DNA of 64,000 nucleotides from Nitrospirota bacterium (GTDB lineage Bacteria; Nitrospirota; UBA9217): NCBI GenBank assembly GCA_963840455.1, contig CAWIYV010000014.1, positions 224,001 to 288,000 of the forward strand, read 5' to 3'. Shown piece by piece: positions 61,113 to 64,000 of this stretch (position 1 is its first letter; each line of letters starts with the position of its first letter). The notes under the pieces were generated by a model. It saw only the letters and a program-made list of their open reading frames with translations, ran no database searches and was not told where the DNA came from. The position numbers and the translations under genes were made by a program.

Positions 61113-61925
61113 ATGTCACGTATCAAGAACACCTTTAACCGGCTGAAGAAGAGGAGCGAGAAAGCGCTGATCCCGTACCTCATGGCGGGGGACCCGGACC
61201 TCGCGACGACGAAGCAGCTCATCCTGGCGATGGAAAAGGCGGGCTGTGATATCGTCGAGCTGGGCGCGCCGTTCTCCGATCCGCTGGCCGACGGCCCAAC
61301 GATCCAGAAGGCCGCTCTCCGGTCGTTGCAGCACCACACCAGCATCAAGGACGTGCTCGGTCTGGTCGCCGATGTCAGGAAAGAGAGCAAAATACCGCTC
61401 ATCATCATGACCTATTACAACCTCGTCTTCCGCTACGGAGAAGATCGGTTCGTGAAGGACGCGGTGGCCGCCGGCCTGGACGGCATCATCCTTCCTGACC
61501 TGCCTCCCGAGGAGGCGGGCACGCTCATCCCGCTGGCGAAGGATGCGGGTCTGGATACGATCTTCCTTTTGGCACCCACGAGCACCGACGACCGCATCAA
61601 GCTCGTCAGCAGGCTTTCTCACGGATTCATCTACTATGTTTCTCTCACCGGTGTGACCGGTTCGCACCTCGGGCTGCAGCAAGCGGCCATCAAATCCTCC
61701 CTTGCCCGGATCAAGGCGCAGACGGACAAGCCCGTCGCCGTAGGGTTCGGCATTGCGACGCCGGACCAGGCTGCCGAGGTGGCGATGGCGGGCGCCGATG
61801 GCGTGATCGTGGGGAGCGCCCTGGTGAAAGTGATCGAGGAGAACGGCAACTCGCCCGACCTCGCGGCCAGGGCGGCGGCGTTCGTGAAGGCCCTGAAACA
61901 GGGCGTGCTTACCGCTGCGCAGTAA
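61113..61925 (+). CDS. trpA: Tryptophan synthase alpha chain
   Basis: PFSDPLADGPTIQ, GVTG, VGFGI, VIVGSA. Confidence 0.96.
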   Translation: MSRIKNTFNRLKKRSEKALIPYLMAGDPDLATTKQLILAMEKAGCDIVELGAPFSDPLADGPTIQKAALRSLQHHTSIKDVLGLVADVRKESKIPLIIMTYYNLVFRYGEDRFVKDAVAAGLDGIILPDLPPEEAGTLIPLAKDAGLDTIFLLAPTSTDDRIKLVSRLSHGFIYYVSLTGVTGSHLGLQQAAIKSSLARIKAQTDKPVAVGFGIATPDQAAEVAMAGADGVIVGSALVKVIEENGNSPDLAARAAAFVKALKQGVLTAAQ

Positions 61926-62004
61926 GTCCTGCCGGAGTGAGGTTGTTTCTCGTGAAAAAAGCCGTGAAGAGAACGCCTTGCCTGCGAGTTCGGGGCCGTC
62001 GCGC

Positions 62005-62165
62005 TGAATCCAGGAGCGAGCGCGTTCCCCGTTGCTTGCTGCGGGATTAGCGAGCGATTAGAATGAACAATCACCCTGGGGATCGAAGATTCCCTGCAGC
62101 TTGCTGCAGGGATCTTCGATCCAGGATCGGGCGCATTCCGCGAAGCTTGCCGCAGGGAGCTTCAA
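62005..62165 (+). mobile_element. Palindromic non-autonomous element, extended copy
   Basis: TGAATCCAGGAGCGAGCGC...GATTCCCTGCAGCTTGCTGCAGGGATCTTCGATC...CAGGGAGCTTCAA. Confidence 0.75.
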
Positions 62166-62267
62166 CAGGGAAAAAACCCGAACCGGGAGGCGTAAGCTGC
62201 CCATTGCGGGAGCAGGCTCCGGACAGGAAACAGGATCAGAAATCCGACGAATGACGAGGGGGTAGGT

Positions 62268-62912
62268 ATGGCTGAAGGGCAGTCACCAATGTTTGCGAAG
62301 TTCGGGAAACGGTTTGCCGCGGGCACGGTCCTCTTCCGCGAAGGCGACAAGGGCGAGGAGATGTTCATCCTCCAGTCCGGCAAGGTCAAGATCAGCAAGA
62401 AGATCCGGGGGGTGGAAAAGACCCTGGCCACGCTCGAGAAGGGCGAGTTCTTCGGGGAGATGGCGATCCTGAACGACAAGCCCCGTTCCGCAACGGCCGA
62501 GACGGTCGAGGACTGCGACATGCTGGTCATCGACCGGAAGACCTTCGAGACGCTTATCCGCAGCAACGTGGAGATCGCCATCCGCTTCATCAAGCGGCTG
62601 GCGGACCGGCTCCGGGAGACGAACGACCAGATGGAAGCGCTGATGATCCGGGACAACACCAGCCGCCTGGTCAACATCCTGGCCAAGCAGGTGAAGGACG
62701 CAAAGGGCGGTTCGTTCTCGCTCTCCATCGACGAGCTCGCGGGGCTGGCAGGCATCGAGAGCGGGCAGGCCAAGCTGATCCTGGAAAAGCTGGCAAGCGC
62801 GCGGATCCTGACGCTCTCCGCCGGCGATCATGTGACGATCGCGAACCAGGAACAGGTCGACCGGCTGCTCCGGTATCTCGAGATGCGGGAGATCTTCGGG
62901 GAGATGGTGTAA
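62268..62912 (+). CDS. Crp/Fnr-like cyclic-nucleotide-binding protein
   Basis: LFREGD, FFGEMAIL..KPRSATA, C-terminal HTH-like region. Confidence 0.88.
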   Translation: MAEGQSPMFAKFGKRFAAGTVLFREGDKGEEMFILQSGKVKISKKIRGVEKTLATLEKGEFFGEMAILNDKPRSATAETVEDCDMLVIDRKTFETLIRSNVEIAIRFIKRLADRLRETNDQMEALMIRDNTSRLVNILAKQVKDAKGGSFSLSIDELAGLAGIESGQAKLILEKLASARILTLSAGDHVTIANQEQVDRLLRYLEMREIFGEMV

Positions 62913-62965
62913 GAACAGAAATAAGGAGCCAGGAGTCGGCTACGGCCAGGTAAAGGGAGATCATC

Positions 62966-64000
62966 ATGCGCTTGCCGAATATCAAGAGGACCGGTATCAC
63001 GATCGCCCTGATCGTGGCGGTCACGCTTTCCCTGCTGCACTCGATGAATGTCAAGTTCTTCGAGATCCTGGAATCGAAGACCCTGGACCTCCAGTTCGCG
63101 CTGCGGGGGCCCGTCCAGCCCGGACCGGAGACGGTGATTGCCACCATCGACGAGAAGAGCATCAAGAACCTCGGACGGTTCCCCTGGCCCCGCTCCACCT
63201 GGGGCCGCGTGGTCGACCGGCTGACCGAGGAGGGCGCGAAGGTCATCGTGTTCGACGTATTCTTCACGGAGCCCGAGACGGTAGCCTCAGACGACCTCTT
63301 CCAGCGCGCAATCATGCGGAGCGGCCGGGTGGTCCTGCCCGTGGTCTTCGATTTCACGGAGGGCGGGTACAAGGAGTCGGGCTTCACCGACCAGAAGATC
63401 GATTTTCTTATCCCCTCGGCGTACATGGCCATGAAGAACACCGACGTGCCCTTCGGCGCGCCGAAGGCCAAGATGGCCCTGCCGACGCTCCTGCGGTTCT
63501 CCGCGTACGCAAAGGCCTTGGCCCATATCAATATGAACCCGGACATTGACGGTACGCTCCGCTGGGAGATGCTTGCCGTCGAGTACCAGGACGACTACTA
63601 CGCGCCCATCGGCCTGCAGGCCGCACGGCTCTACCGCGACGTGCCGCTCGAGAAGATGGCCCTCGACTTCGCCGGATCGGTGCAGTTGGGGGAAACGACG
63701 ATCCCCACCGACGAGTTCGGCAGGATGCTGATCAACTACCGGGGACCGAACAGGACGTTCCCGATGTATTCGATCTCCGATCTCCTTGATCGGAACCTCC
63801 CGGCGGGCACGTTCAAGGACAAGATCGTCCTCATCGGCGCCACAGCCATCGGCATCTACGACCTGCGGGTGACGCCCTACTCGCCGAACATGGCGGGGAT
63901 CGAGAAGCATGCGAGCGTGGTGGACAACATCCTGAAGGGTGATTTCCTGCGTCGTGCGCCGGACCTCGATATCCCGCTGATCTTCATCTTCACGCTCCTC
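62966..64000 (+). CDS. CHASE2-domain membrane sensor (partial; output domain beyond the window)
   Basis: Not in ORF track. Manual translation MRLPNIK...IDEKSIKNLGRFPWPRS...IVFDVFF...DIDGTLR...DKIVLIG...TP...MAGIEKHA. Confidence 0.88.
   Translation, partial: MRLPNIKRTGITIALIVAVTLSLLHSMNVKFFEILESKTLDLQFALRGPVQPGPETVIATIDEKSIKNLGRFPWPRSTWGRVVDRLTEEGAKVIVFDVFFTEPETVASDDLFQRAIMRSGRVVLPVVFDFTEGGYKESGFTDQKIDFLIPSAYMAMKNTDVPFGAPKAKMALPTLLRFSAYAKALAHINMNPDIDGTLRWEMLAVEYQDDYYAPIGLQAARLYRDVPLEKMALDFAGSVQLGETTIPTDEFGRMLINYRGPNRTFPMYSISDLLDRNLPAGTFKDKIVLIGATAIGIYDLRVTPYSPNMAGIEKHASVVDNILKGDFLRRAPDLDIPLIFIFTLL

Overview
Bacterial chromosomal window, GC-rich in coding regions. The gene set (CcsBA-type heme maturation, selenocysteine SelD, multiheme cytochromes, c-di-GMP-I riboswitches) suggests an anaerobic Nitrospirota- or Desulfobacterota-like organism; this is an inference only. 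The housekeeping backbone is fadD-like ligase, DEAD-box helicase, ftsB, GH57, glyQS, ppdK, ribD, selD, a ParE/GyrB-type subunit, trpEGDCFBA, a Crp-like gene and a CHASE2 gene. Three regions stand out. (1) 2.65-4.56 kb: an intact wHTH-MNT/HEPN gene pair in which both catalytic motifs are substituted. It is followed by two unannotated 19-aa lysine-rich micro-ORFs with strong SD sites and preceded by an unusual purine/pyrimidine-alternating non-coding region. (2) 7.27-19.24 kb: an accessory island carrying an RHS toxin with a PLC/P1-like tip, a likely immunity gene, two c-di-GMP riboswitch-led surface proteins, PilZ and an ankyrin lipoprotein. It is stitched together by remnants of a REP-associated HUH transposase and two families of short repeats. 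(3) 31.2-46.0 kb: a porin-cytochrome locus with two ~20-heme lipoprotein cytochromes rich in non-canonical CX4CH/CX5CH motifs, its own ResB/CcsA, two B12-radical SAM enzymes, a LuxE-like ligase and orphan duplicated cytochrome modules. No tRNA, rRNA or CRISPR array was seen. All calls are by eye, with no database searches.
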